NCBI GenBank assembly: GCA_032718475.1
Contig: JAUCBJ010000442.1
Coordinates: 1 to 37,856 of the forward strand
From: Nemertoderma westbladi
Lineage: Eukaryota; Animalia; Xenacoelomorpha
Length of the DNA stretch: 37,856 nucleotides
Reading direction: 5' to 3'
Of the stretch, positions 23,502-34,850 are shown one piece after another (positions within the stretch are counted from its first letter, which is position 1; the number at the start of each line of letters is the position of its first letter). A model generated the notes under the pieces. The model had not been told where the DNA came from and searched no databases. It was given only the letters and a program-made list of their open reading frames with translations. The translations under genes were made by a program, and so were the position numbers.

Positions 23502-25026
23502 CAGTCCCAATCCCAATAAACATTAACTTGGTCATTTTGGCGGCCAAAATGACCAAAATCGCCAAAAAAATTTAGTGTATTCCTATGGGCTACTTGGTCG
23601 TTTTGGCGAAGCGATTTAACTCGAATCAGCTAAGTCCAGACATTCAGTCTCCTTGGCCATCCATTTGGTGGATCTGACTAAATGTCGGCTCGCTTTCATT
23701 TTTATTATTGACAGATTGTTAACTTACCTGGAGCTGAGTCGGGCCTTTCAGTTGTAGTAGAGACCACCCACTGAGGCATTGATACAGCACAGGCTAATAC
23801 GTAATAAGGGAGTTAGTTGAATGCGGCTTTGTTAAAAGGAGGAGTATGTATAATAATTGGATTTTGTGTGTTATTATTAGATAATCACTTCTCACCTTTT
23901 CCTTTGTGTAGCTTCAGTTTAGAGTCATTATGAAATGGCAACGTGTTCTGTATGAAGGCGTCCTAATTATAGTTTTATAGTTAGAAGCTGGGTCTGTGAC
24001 AGGGCGAGAGGTAGCAATTAAATAGCGACACTCAGTCTCGAACGAGTTCGGTATACTGATGAAATTCAGATTAGACGGCGCGGCCTATTTCTAGTAGCTG
24101 GGTCTGAATTCGAGGGCGATAGTAACTGAAAACATTATAATATCAGGCTCTGGCTCTGTGCTAACAGTCAACAGAGTCGGCATATTTGGGTGAATTTATG
24201 ATGATGAAATTATTATTTATCGAGACAGGGGGGGGGGGGGGGGGGGGGGGAACTGGACGCAAAACTCGCCTTGGCGAATTAATATCCCGCCTCAATGTTA
24301 AATTCTCAATTTAGGGAAAGGAGCAGGTTACAGTGGCACGATATTTTAACCAAAACAATGTATTAAACATAAATGAACATTACAGTTTTATTTTTGAGAG
24401 TAATCATCTGTTATTTGCGTCAAATTTCCCCTGGAGAGTGATGAATTTTTATTGCGTCCAGTCCCCCCCTAACTGTATTTATGAGAGCATTTATATTATA
24501 GCGTATTAAACTGCTAAATAAAGAAAAATCTATGTAAATACTTTTCTCATATTTTAAAGAATTTTTACAAATTAAATATATGAACTTGTTATTTTTATCA
24601 CCAATCGAATATAATTAAAGTAAATAATTAATTATTACGCTGCAAGTGCTAGCACAGTAGCATACTGCTTATAACCTAAGTGACACGTGACAGGTAAAGG
24701 TGTGTTAATTATTAGATTAGTAAAAAATACGTAGAAAATAATAAATTAGGGCGCCTCACACTGCACTCTTACAGGCATGTTTACTACAGTGGCGAGCCCA
24801 GCCATTACTACACTGGAGCCTTTCTCTTTACCTAAAGGTAGAGAGAACTCTACCTCAGCGCCAACATGCTGGGCTTTACTTACACTCAGCCTGTATTCAC
24901 TGGCTGTGATTGACAAGCCAACGTGCCTCAGCAGTTCCTTTCATGAATACCGCAGTTTTTACTTGGCCATTTTGGTAATTTTGGCCGCCAAAATGACCAA
25001 GTTAAGGTTTATTGGGATTGGGACTG
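23502..25026. mobile_element. Non-autonomous Tc1/mariner-type element (1525 bp)
   Basis: ~62-bp TIRs CAGTCCCAATCCCAATAAAC.TTAACTTGGTCATTTTGGCGGCCAAAAT.ACCAAAAT.GCCAA. TA TSD at 23500-23501 and 25027-25028. No transposase ORF. Confidence 0.92.
24227..24470. mobile_element. Small TIR element (MITE) nested in the Tc1 element
   Basis: Gn-AACTGGACGCAA / TTGCGTCCAGTCCCCCCC termini, core GGAGCAGGTTACAGTGGC, and an extra subterminal copy of the TIR at ~24415. Confidence 0.8.
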
Positions 25027-26445
25027 TATAGTAGTCCTTAAAACCCTCCTGCTCCGATCTTTGAGGGTTTTTGGGTGGCGCAGTTTAAGGTCTTCTATGT
25101 CTTCCTTCCCCGGCATCCGAAGGCCCACTTTATGCTTTAGGTCCATTAGTGCTTCCTTTTCTGCTTCCGACCACATAGGCATATTAATTCGCTTTTAATA
25201 CACTTGAATAAATTAAGATGCAAAACTAAGATTCGTGGTCGTCTGTGTATCGACGGCGTTTAAAATTTCAAATTTCAAGAAATATGATGGAGGAAGGTTA
25301 GACGCTATTCAACTGATTACTAACAGCTGATCACTCTCAAAAATAAAACTGTATCCATTCCTATTGACTAGTTTTTTGGTTAGAATAACGTACCACAAGT
25401 AACCTTCTTTCATAATTGATAATTTACATTGAGATGATATATAATTTGCCGAGATATGATTTGCGTCAAGTGAGATTTGCCACCGCCTCCCTGTTTTATG
25501 TTTCTCTTTGGCGAATGACAATGTCAATTAATTAAGCGAAATTCCAGATTACATTGACACTAACGAAACATATTTTTTACTATGTTTTACTATTTCACAA
25601 AACAATAAACGAAGGTCAATAGCCGAATTATCGAATAGGCCTATCCTTTCTTATAATAAGAATAATATTATACTGTATTATTATTATACATTATTCAATT
25701 TATATATTTATTTATCTACTAACTTTTACTGGCTGTTCCAAGAAAGTTTTCAACACGTTTTGTGGTTTGACTTTCACTTTCGCTATGACCTTCTTCTTCC
25801 TCATTCGAACTTTGGTCTAAAATAATAAATTAACAAATTTAATTATTATATTTTGGTCTGTCGATCAAACAGAGTCGATTTTTCGGTCCGGTCGCAGCAG
25901 CAAATTTTTGTAAATTCGAATCTTATTTGATCTGATATAATCTAAGATATGGGTTTTTGTCCGCTGATTAACGCATTTCATATCTGTAGAACTTGATGAA
26001 AAAGTTAGATTGTTATGTTTTTAATAATTAATAATTAAAATGTAATATGTTACTTTTCCCTTGGGGAAAACAGTACTCATTTTTCTCCCGATTTTCGTGT
26101 ATATTCGGGCGAAAAAGTAACAATTTAAGGTTCATCTACTTCTTTCCTAATTTATTGAAGTTAGTTAGATTATTCATTCAAATATGTATTATATTTTCAA
26201 GTCGGCGTGAAATACACCGTGAAATAAAGTAAACACAATGATGGGATATGGGGTGCTATATCTCACGGCGTGAAATAAAGTAGCAGTATTCTTTCAGTAT
26301 GATTGTACCGTATTCTACTGTCACGATAAATTAGGCCTTACTGTAAGTCATTCATCACAGCACAAGCTATACATGTCATTACCGGTACCGTACCGCGAAT
26401 ACTGTAGAGTGTCATACATTCTGTACGCGCCTACTAGGCCATTAT

Positions 26446-26782
26446 TGTTGGGTCGGCAGGTGCAATTGTGTGCGGTGAGAGTAGGGCGATAGGTCGGGGA
26501 GTAGGTAGGTGAGGACCTAAGGCGAGGAAGGATGGAGAGTGATAGTTAGTAGAGAGTGTGGAAGTGTACCGGTAGGCGGTAGGGCAGTAGAGTGGTACTT
26601 GGGTTGCGCGGATTAGGTTTATTGCTCGGATTCAGTAATTGGTTATTGTTAATTGTGTATACTGGTTTATATTGTTATATTACATATATATATAATAAAT
26701 GATTGCATTGACGCTCGAAGATATATTGATTATTTAAGTGACTGGGAAGTTTGGGAGAACGTTCGTTGTATTCGATGCTACA
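26446..26782 (+). repeat. 5' LTR
   Basis: TGTTGGGTC...GATGCTACA. I count 4 substitutions versus the 3' LTR. AATAAA at ~26693. Confidence 0.97.
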
Positions 26783-26972
26783 AGCTATCACCGCGAGGCT
26801 GCATTTACTTATTTCCTATTACAGTATTAGGCCTACTGTATTACCGGTCAACCGGTAACATAATTTTGACACCGCTAGCCTACCACTGTAGGCCCTATAC
26901 TTAACGGACGCGGTACTTAAAAGTTTAGTTCATACCAGACTGAGGTTTAAATATATAGATAACGACGGCCAG

Positions 26973-27878
26973 GTGACAGGAACGTCGAGAGGTGAAGGTA
27001 CCGGTACTGGTAGCAGTGCCCGAAATTTGAGTGTAAAGTTGGATGGCGTTTTGGATAAATTTACAGGAGTGGACAACCAAAATTTCGAAGAGTGGGCGCA
27101 AAAATTCGAAGTTATCACAGAATTACAGGATTGGGGCGCTAGGAAAGCTAAATTCGCACCATTGTTCCTCAAGAGCAATGCATTCACAGTATATCAACAG
27201 CTTTCAACCGCTGACAAGGAGGATTGGGTTGTTTTGAAACAAAAGTTGAGTGAGGCTTTTTCAATAACTCGTTTCCAAGCTTATAATTTGTTTAAAAACT
27301 GTGTTGTGCGTCCTGGTGAAACATATGAAGTCTTCCTAGCCGACTTAAAGCGATTATTATCCTTGGCTGGGATTTCAGATGCGACTAATGTTATGCTACA
27401 GAGTCAATTCATTGCGGGTTTACCTGTGGAAGTTTCTTCACAGCTTCGAAAGTCTTTGGCCGCGGATGGGGTTTCTGTACCGTTGTCAGAGCTGGTTGCT
27501 AGGGCTCGTAATGTACTAGCAGCAATTGAGGATGCTGAGGGGTTTACAATCGCTGGAGCCATGGTAAATTCGGATCGTAACCGTGGAGTTGGGAACTATT
27601 CAACCCGCCTGCCTACACGTGGTGGAGGGGGACAACGTTTTAATGGAGACAGGCTGATGTGTTGGCGATGTGGCCAGGTGGGCCATTTACGTAAATACTG
27701 TATGCAGGTTACACCGGTACCTCAGCCTGGTACTGGCGGGTTAACAGGACCGATGACAGGGGCCCGTTGCTATGGATGTGGGGGAAGAGGACACATGCGT
27801 CGTGAATGTCCTACAGTAAATGGGCCGAGTTCGGGAAACTGGCGAGGGGGGCATCTGTGCAACCTCAGCTTTAAATAG
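26973..27878 (+). CDS. gag: Gag with two CCHC zinc knuckles
   Basis: LDKFTG..FEEWAQKFE capsid-like start, CWRCGQVGHLRKYC and CYGCGGRGHMRREC. Start codon uncertain. Confidence 0.92.
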   Translation: MTGTSRGEGTGTGSSARNLSVKLDGVLDKFTGVDNQNFEEWAQKFEVITELQDWGARKAKFAPLFLKSNAFTVYQQLSTADKEDWVVLKQKLSEAFSITRFQAYNLFKNCVVRPGETYEVFLADLKRLLSLAGISDATNVMLQSQFIAGLPVEVSSQLRKSLAADGVSVPLSELVARARNVLAAIEDAEGFTIAGAMVNSDRNRGVGNYSTRLPTRGGGGQRFNGDRLMCWRCGQVGHLRKYCMQVTPVPQPGTGGLTGPMTGARCYGCGGRGHMRRECPTVNGPSSGNWRGGHLCNLSFK

Positions 27879-30800
27879 CTATAGCATCTGTGCAACCTCA
27901 GCTTTAAATAGCTATAGGTGTTCCCCATATAATAAATGTTTACCTGTAGTACAATCCACTGTGTCATTTAATGAAATAGTTTGTAATTTATCAGTGGGAT
28001 TAGATACATTTTGTACTCATTCATTGATTTCACAGGGTTTTTTAGACCGAAATAATGTAAAGTATGATTATTGTGTAAAGACTCTAAATACTTTAGGTGA
28101 CAAAGTGCCTTTGGTTGGTATGGTGTCATGTACTTTATTCAATGCACCGGGTGTTAGCCAGCCAGTAGAACTTCAACTGCATGTTGTCGATACAGAATCA
28201 CTATTTGGGACGGATGCATTATTTGGTATCGATGTAATTCAACATGTTGGTGGTATTAACTTATCCTATGACAGGCAGTCTGGTGCAATGGCTGTTTGTT
28301 TGACTCAAAGTGTGATCAGTGGTGACAGTAAAGTACAGAGCCTTGGAAGGCTCCATAGTGAAGTCATTGAAACACCATTACAAAGTAGAGTTTGCTCTGC
28401 TGCTTTCCAGTGCATGCTGGGGGAGACAAAGTGGAAGTGTATGGGCGTGATGAGCAGTCTCATCAGGGGTGTGAATAGTGAGTTAAACGTTAATGCACCT
28501 GAATGGTTCCCCCCCCCAGACATACTGTTCCGTATCCCCGTCTGGGTAAATTTATTAAGGTTGCTAAAAGTGTGAATGGAGATGTCAAACTTGTTGAGAA
28601 AGATTTTGTAGTTACATGGCTGAATGAAAAACGATATTGGGAATTGAAATGGACATGGAAAGGGGAAAACCCTCCGATAAAACATCTGGGGTCTGGTCTT
28701 GGGGATTATGGCATCACTATAGGGCAACCACAAAGTAAACTCCTTAATGCCGAGGTTAACAAATGGATAGAAAATGGCTGGGTTGAGAAATATGAGAGGG
28801 AAATGCATGGGGAACTGAGAGGACTTCTCCCACTCATTCCCGTATTACAGGAACACAAAGATACTACTCCTGTGCGACCTGTTTTAGACTATACACCCCT
28901 AAATAAGTGTGTTCAAGCTGATCCAGGGCGCCAAGTCGCAGTTTGTGTTGAAGCTGTGCGTAGCTGGCGAAAAATGGGGAATCATACTAGGAGTCTAGAC
29001 CTATCTAAGGCATACTTACAAATTCATGTTGTAGATGACCTTTGCCTATATCAGGGTATGCTTTGGGATGGAACCATTTATATTATGAAACGTATGGGAT
29101 ATGGCTTAGAAATTGCACATAAAGTGTTGAATGCTGTTGTACTCTTTGTGTTAGATACAGCTAGATACTCCCCTGATGAGGTAGAAAAATATGTAGACGA
29201 CATATATGTCAATGAGGATAAGGTCAAAGTGGAAGACGTTAGGGTTAACCTTGCATGCTATGGGTTAGTTACCAAAGAACCCACAGGTCCAAATGAAATG
29301 CGCCTACTTGGCATAGATGTTCAATCCAATAAGTGTGGTGTTTTGCAATGGAAACGATTTTTAAAGTCATTACTGTCTGTGCCGCATCCGTTGACCAAAC
29401 GTCAGCTGTTTTCTTGGTGTGGTAAGATTGTTGCACACTATCCTGTTGCAAGCTATTTACGTGTGTGTTGCAGCTGGCTTAAACGCCAATGCAGCGATGG
29501 AATGTGGGACAGTAGTGTTAATGATGTAGTTGAGACATTAGCCCACGATCTATATCATATGATCGAACTCGATGATCCTGTGAAGGGGCAATGGACAGTG
29601 CTGGACAAAGATGATACTAAGGTTGACATCTGGGTTGACTCTAGTGATATTGTACGAGCAGTTGTTTTGGAAGTTGATGGTGTTGTGGTGGAGGATGGTG
29701 CATGGTTGCGAAAATTAAAAGATTCAATGCATATTAACATTGCTGAGCTTGATGCAGTTATTGATGGTTTAAATCTTGCAGTAAAGTGGAACTTAGTGAC
29801 TAAGAACTACAATATATTTACCGATTCAGAGACAGTAAATAGGTGGTTGTGCCAAATGCTTGGAAATGTACAGCGATTCAAAATAGGGGGACTGTCTGAG
29901 GTTATTGTAAAAAGACGTCTGCAAGTGATTGAAGAAATTGTTGACTGTTATCATTGGAATATTAATGTTATCAAAGTTGCTTCTAAGGATAATAAGGCTG
30001 ATCGATTGACCAGAATTCCTGAAAGGTGGAGAAAAATTGTTCGGGCAGTTGAACATACTGTTGATGATGATGTTATATGTGCTGGTGCACATTTACCTAA
30101 GACCGTTGTTGGAATAGATGTTGGTATAATTTGTGCGAGGCAGGATGCTAATCTGGAATTAGCTGCCGTGAGACATGCCATAAATACCAATGATTGGAGT
30201 GAAGTCTCAAAGCATTGTGTTTATAAAGGTTTGAAGTCGCAGCTGCATGTTGATTAATCTGGCTTGCTTTTAAGAGAAGTTAAAATTCATCCTAATGATG
30301 TGGTTGATGTACCTGTGATTCCCAGTGATTTAGAGGCTGATGTCATTAGAAGAGGTCATTGCTCTTCTGGTCATAGCTGTTGGGAGATATCCAGGAATTA
30401 TTTACGACGTATATGTTATTTTCCATCCATGGCAATAAAATGTCAGGAATTTGTAAGCACCTGTAGAGAGTGTTGTTTGGCTAACCCGGTTAAACCAGAA
30501 AGTAGTTATCCCTCAGAGAGAACTGTAATAGCTGACCATCCGTGGCAAATTGTGTTTGTTGATTCTCTCAAGGTGGGTGAATCTTCATTGTTGGTTATGG
30601 TTGATTCGCTTTCAAAGTGGGCTGAAGTAGAATTTGTTCCATCTTTGTCTGCAGCAGACGTGACACCTATATTTCTTAATAAGTGTATACAATGGGGCCC
30701 CCCTGAAGTCATTCGTTCTGATGCTGGTCCTGAAATTGTAAATGGTCTGATAAAAAGTGTGCAGGCCGTGTTCGGTTTTAAAATGTTACACGGTGCAGTT

Positions 30801-31591
30801 AGAAATCCTCGAAGCCAAGGTGTCGTTGAACGTTACCACCGTACTTTTTTGACGATCTTAAGAAAAACTTTAATCAACCGACAAATGAATAGTGGTAAAT
30901 GCACAGTAGAACAAGATGAGTTAAATTGGATTCTTTATTACTACCGTAATCGTCCTAATACTTCAATTGGTATATCACCCATGAAAGCCTTTTGTGGTTG
31001 GGAATAGGATGCAATCAATTGGACAAGTGCAAAAGGTTACAGCCCTAGTACATGGGTTTGTCACCGTATGAAACTAGCCGCCGAGTTGTTTGATTACTTG
31101 GAGCTACAACTCTCAGCATTAGATAATGACCTAAAAATTGTAACAAGGCATTTCACTGCGGGGGACAGTGTTTTTCTACGAAGAGACCCCAGGGCCGGAA
31201 AGGCATTCACTCCCTGGGAAAATGGGTGCATGGTTGTGGGACAGAAGGGACCAGCTACTTACCTGATAAAGCACAAAAACCATAAACCCCGGCAAAAGAT
31301 TGTAAATGTAGATTTGTTGAAGACACCCGATGAAACAACAAATAAAACTGACATTACTCTTAACAACTTTACAACTGGTCCCATTCGAGAAGTTGTTACC
31401 GATTCGAATTCATTAGATGAAGTTATTGTTGAATTGGAATCTCCAAGCCAAATGTCCTTGTGGTTGACCATGGTATTGGTGAAGGAGTCTTATCTAGTAG
31501 TGAGAGCGATGTTAGTGAGTGTGAGGACACACGTGGGGTTATCACTAGGAGCGGCCGGATTGTGAAACCTCCAAAATACTATGGTTATTGA
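27833..31591 (+). pseudogene. pol: Pol polyprotein (protease, RT, RNase H, integrase), disrupted
   Basis: PR GLDTFCTHSLI..LFGIDVI. RT RPVLDY, LDLSKAYLQI, RMGYGL, YVDDI. RH WVDSS, INIAELDA, FTDS, NKADRL. IN H-x4-H..C-x2-C, FVDS, RSDAG, SQGVVERYH. End TRSGRIVKPPKYYGY*. Frame breaks near 27846-27851, 28509-28517 and ~31455; in-frame stops at 30255 and 31005. Confidence 0.95.
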
Positions 31592-31614
31592 GAAAATACA
31601 ATTGCAGGGGGAGA

Positions 31615-31951
31615 TGTTGGGTCAGCTGGTGCAATTGTGTGCGGTGAGAGTAGGGCGATAGGTCGGGGAGTAGGTAGGTGAGGACCTAAGGCGAGGAAGG
31701 ATGGAGAGTGATAGTTAGTAGAGAGTGTGGAAGTGTACCGGTAGGCGGTAGGGCAGTAGAGTGGTACTTGGGTTGCGCGGATTAGGTTTATTGCTCGGAT
31801 TCAGTAATTGGTTATTGTTAATTGTGTATACTGGTTTATATTGTTATATTACATATATATATAATAAATGATTGCATTGACACTCGAAGATATATTGATT
31901 ATTTAAGTGACTGGGAAGTTTGGGAGAATGTTCGTTGTATTCGATGCTACA
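31615..31951 (+). repeat. 3' LTR
   Basis: Direct repeat of 26446-26782, preceded by the PPT. Confidence 0.97.
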
Positions 31952-32085
31952 TTCGATGCAGCCTGTAGGCTCGCCAGACAGCAGAATCTACATTGGTCGT
32001 TTACCTGTAGACCTTCCGAACTGCGGACCGGTATAATATATGATTTTTAACTTGTAAAACTTCGAAACTTGAAAATAAAACGACA

Positions 32086-32185
32086 TATTCGATTTAAATA
32101 AAGTACCCATATCTCACGTACAGACTCTAGTTTCTACCCACTCAAGTCGGTGTGAAATATGGTGCAACTTTATTTAAATCGAATA
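32086..32185. mobile_element. 100-bp MITE-like hairpin
   Basis: Perfect 19-bp inverted repeat TATTCGATTTAAATAAAGT / ACTTTATTTAAATCGAATA. Internal TCAAGTCGGYGTGAAATA and ATATCTCACG motifs also occur at ~26197-26270. Confidence 0.65.
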
Positions 32186-34444
32186 AGTTAATATTCATTT
32201 ATTAAAATATTACTGAGAAAAATTGGGTTTTGAATATTTGAAATAGATTATTAATAATTAAAACTAACCACTCAGTAAATCGCCATCAACAAGATCTTGT
32301 AGATGCATTCCTCCTTTGTTTGAAATATTACCTCTCTCCATTGTCAGAAGCAATTGGGATAGTTTTGTTATTCTCTGCACTGTGTCAGGGAGTTGGTAAT
32401 ATTCTCTGTGTACCGCAATGTTATGGCCCATGTGTCAACTAGCAAATTCATTTCCGGTTCATTTAAGGCTAACATTTGGGCATGGGTGGCTATTTGTTTC
32501 CGTAATTTCGTAGATCGCATATTTTCTGGAGCCTGTAGTTCTGCTAATTGTGAATGACGACGCAATGCATCATGACCTCTAATGTACATTTCACTGCCAT
32601 AGTTGGCACATGCAAAGAGGTATGGGTTGTTATCAACAGCTGGTCTGTGTTTGATCAATATTGTGATGGTACGAATCATGTCTTTGGTAATTAGTACTCG
32701 CACGGTCCTTCCTCTCTTCCCAACCACGTCTATAATTTCAAAGATCTTACATAATTCCTTCTCTAGTTTGCTGAGCTGTAGGTCGGTGGTTTCTCTTTCA
32801 GTTGCTTTGTATCGTTTATCAAAATCTGATAATAACATTTTGGCAACATCCCCCGATCTTCTCCTGTTAAATATTATAATCTGACACATAGCCAGTTCGT
32901 TTAATGTGCACCAGGTCCTTTTCAGTTCGTTTTCCTCTCCATCACATTCTATAATTTCTTCTAGGCGTTTTATGTTGTCTTGCAAGTACTTCGTCATGAC
33001 TACGACATCGTTGGCTGTAGGTAGAGTCGAGGAAACGTGCAAGTTTCTTTTCCGTTGATATAATGTTTTATGTGCATGTGATGAAATATACACATTCCAG
33101 TTTAAAGTACACAGCTCATGGAAGTTGGTTACAGTTCTTAATGTGACCTCATCGGATGTTTGTAAAGCATCAGCTTTTATTATTAAGGCACACTTCCCTA
33201 AGGAGAACCCAATCTTAAGTGCCAGGGATGGAGTCAAGTACTGATGTGTCTTTTCGTTAAATCCAGAAATATCCTTAACAGCCGTAATGATGTCATGAAG
33301 ACGGTCAGGTGTGATATAGTCTTTTAATTTTGAATTGCAATCACCGGTATTTAAACGGAGTTGAATTAGTAATCGGCCCAATTCCCTTGTGCGATCTCTT
33401 ATATGTTTCCTTTGATCTTTCCCAGGTACCGCTTTGACCAACTCTCGTTCTACAAGGGACATAATTGTCGTATAACCCCTGACGGCTAATTTTATTTCGT
33501 CACTTTTCATTTCCTCAATCATTTCTTGGAGGATATTACTTTTGCATTGAATGTTGGAGGTTGGTCATAAAATGTTGCTCTTTGTAAGCACCCTGTCTCC
33601 CTTTGTTTTTCTGGATTTCCGTAAAGGGCATTGATGCCTCCAAAGTTCACGTTTCGAATACCACCCATAGCAAGGAGGACAAGGGCCATAATCATTGGGA
33701 TCGGCATCCGCATCTTGAGATGGACGATAGCAGACAAGTACATTGCCGTAACCCAAATGAAGTACGTTGGAATTATGTTTGTGGGCTCCCATGTTTCTCA
33801 ACTTACACAGTAACAGTCGACGGTTGTTTTATTTGTTAAGCTTAACTTAACAACATCTGGTTCATTTTTATGAACGGTTTCCAGATGACGAGGTAATTTC
33901 GAGAAGGCACAATCGTCGCAATAACAACAATATTGCTTTTTATCCCAACTTCGCACTGAACCGTGGTTTGTAGTGCTGACTACAAAAATCTTAGATGATG
34001 TTTTATCGGAAGTAGAGTTGGAGTTGGAGTTTAGAGTTGGAGGAGTCATTGCATGGATATGCTGAATTTCATCAACCTCGATTTCCGGACTTTCATTACC
34101 TGCTGCGAAAAGGGTCCGGCCTTCATGTCTTCATCCTGGAAAAATTTAAACCAGAAAAACCGCCATGTGGTCACTCACACAACAGCACATGGATTTCACC
34201 ACCTATTGTGCCGAGACAGATCCCTGTTTCACGAGTGCTCGGAAGCCTGTCAATGTCTCTATTGCTTGAAGAGTTGCGAAATTTTGCTACATGCTCTTGA
34301 CTGTCCTCCTTTATCTGGCCTCCAGATAAAGATAATTTTAACTCTTTTAAGGCGTAACAATTGAAGCGGTGGAACAAAAGGGTGTAAGTCGGTTTTTTGG
34401 GGTTTTGAGTTTGATACATTTTCTGGGGTAATAAACCGAGTCAA

Positions 34445-34641
34445 TGGCGCAAAATGACCGCAAACACAAAATAAATTTTAGTGGGTTTGAAAAATTAATA
34501 TAATTTAAATAAAAACATTAAGGGAAAGGAGCAGGTTACAGTGGCGGTGTTTTCTAACCAAAACAACAAACTATACATGATTTCTCTTGTGGTCAATTTG
34601 CGCTGAAGATCACAATATTTACTTGCGGTCAAAGTGCGCCA
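34445..34641. mobile_element. Small TIR element sharing the GGAGCAGGTTACAGTGGC core
   Basis: TGGCGCAAAATGACCGCAA / TTGCGGTCAAAGTGCGCCA termini, subterminal TIR copy at ~34588, core at 34521-34566. Confidence 0.7.
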
Positions 34642-34850
34642 CTATCTGAATAAACCATGCTGCATCGATTCGCCGTGTCACCTAAGCCATATCTATTTTC
34701 ATTAATGAGATAATTTATGTTAAAAAAATGGTGGTTTTGATGTCAGTGTAAAAAGGTTCTAACTGCCAATGATATACCATTTTGCAACTCACCACTCTAA
34801 AAGTTACCCCATTTTTACACAAACTGTATACATATTTGGTTTTTGACCCC

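Larger units (their letters stand above)
26446..31951 (+). mobile_element. Ty3/Gypsy LTR retrotransposon, full length (5506 bp), disabled
   Basis: Two 337-bp TG..CA LTRs, PPT AGGGGGAGA (31606-31614), gag then PR-RT-RNaseH-IN domain order. No matching TSD. Confidence 0.97.
23474..34135 (-). pseudogene. Spliced Crypton-like tyrosine recombinase gene (Cys/His-rich N-terminus, YR core, acidic linker, Myb/SANT-like C-terminus), disrupted
   Basis: Main exon ~34135-32269: WDKKQYCCYC..KLPRHLETVH / RNMGAHKHN..CPPCYGWY..LWRHQC, FNRRRSGD (catalytic R), GKRGRTV (K), NPYLFA, STKLRK, then after a 1-nt deletion at ~32433 MGHNIAVHREYYQLP (H, Y). G|GTTAGT donor. Phase-matched exons 25816-25724 (DQSSNEEEEGHSESES..), weakly 25505-25428, and 25202-25029 plus 23501-23474 (WSEAEKEAL..MPGKEDIE..LKDRSRRVL/KDYYRNNKKCFI*). 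Other lesions: frameshift ~33810, TGA 33565, TAA 25195. Confidence 0.85.

Noticed and set aside
34135-34444. SET domain or further N-terminal exons of the YR gene
   Set aside because: No SET motifs are recognisable, and the short ORFs here cannot be joined convincingly.
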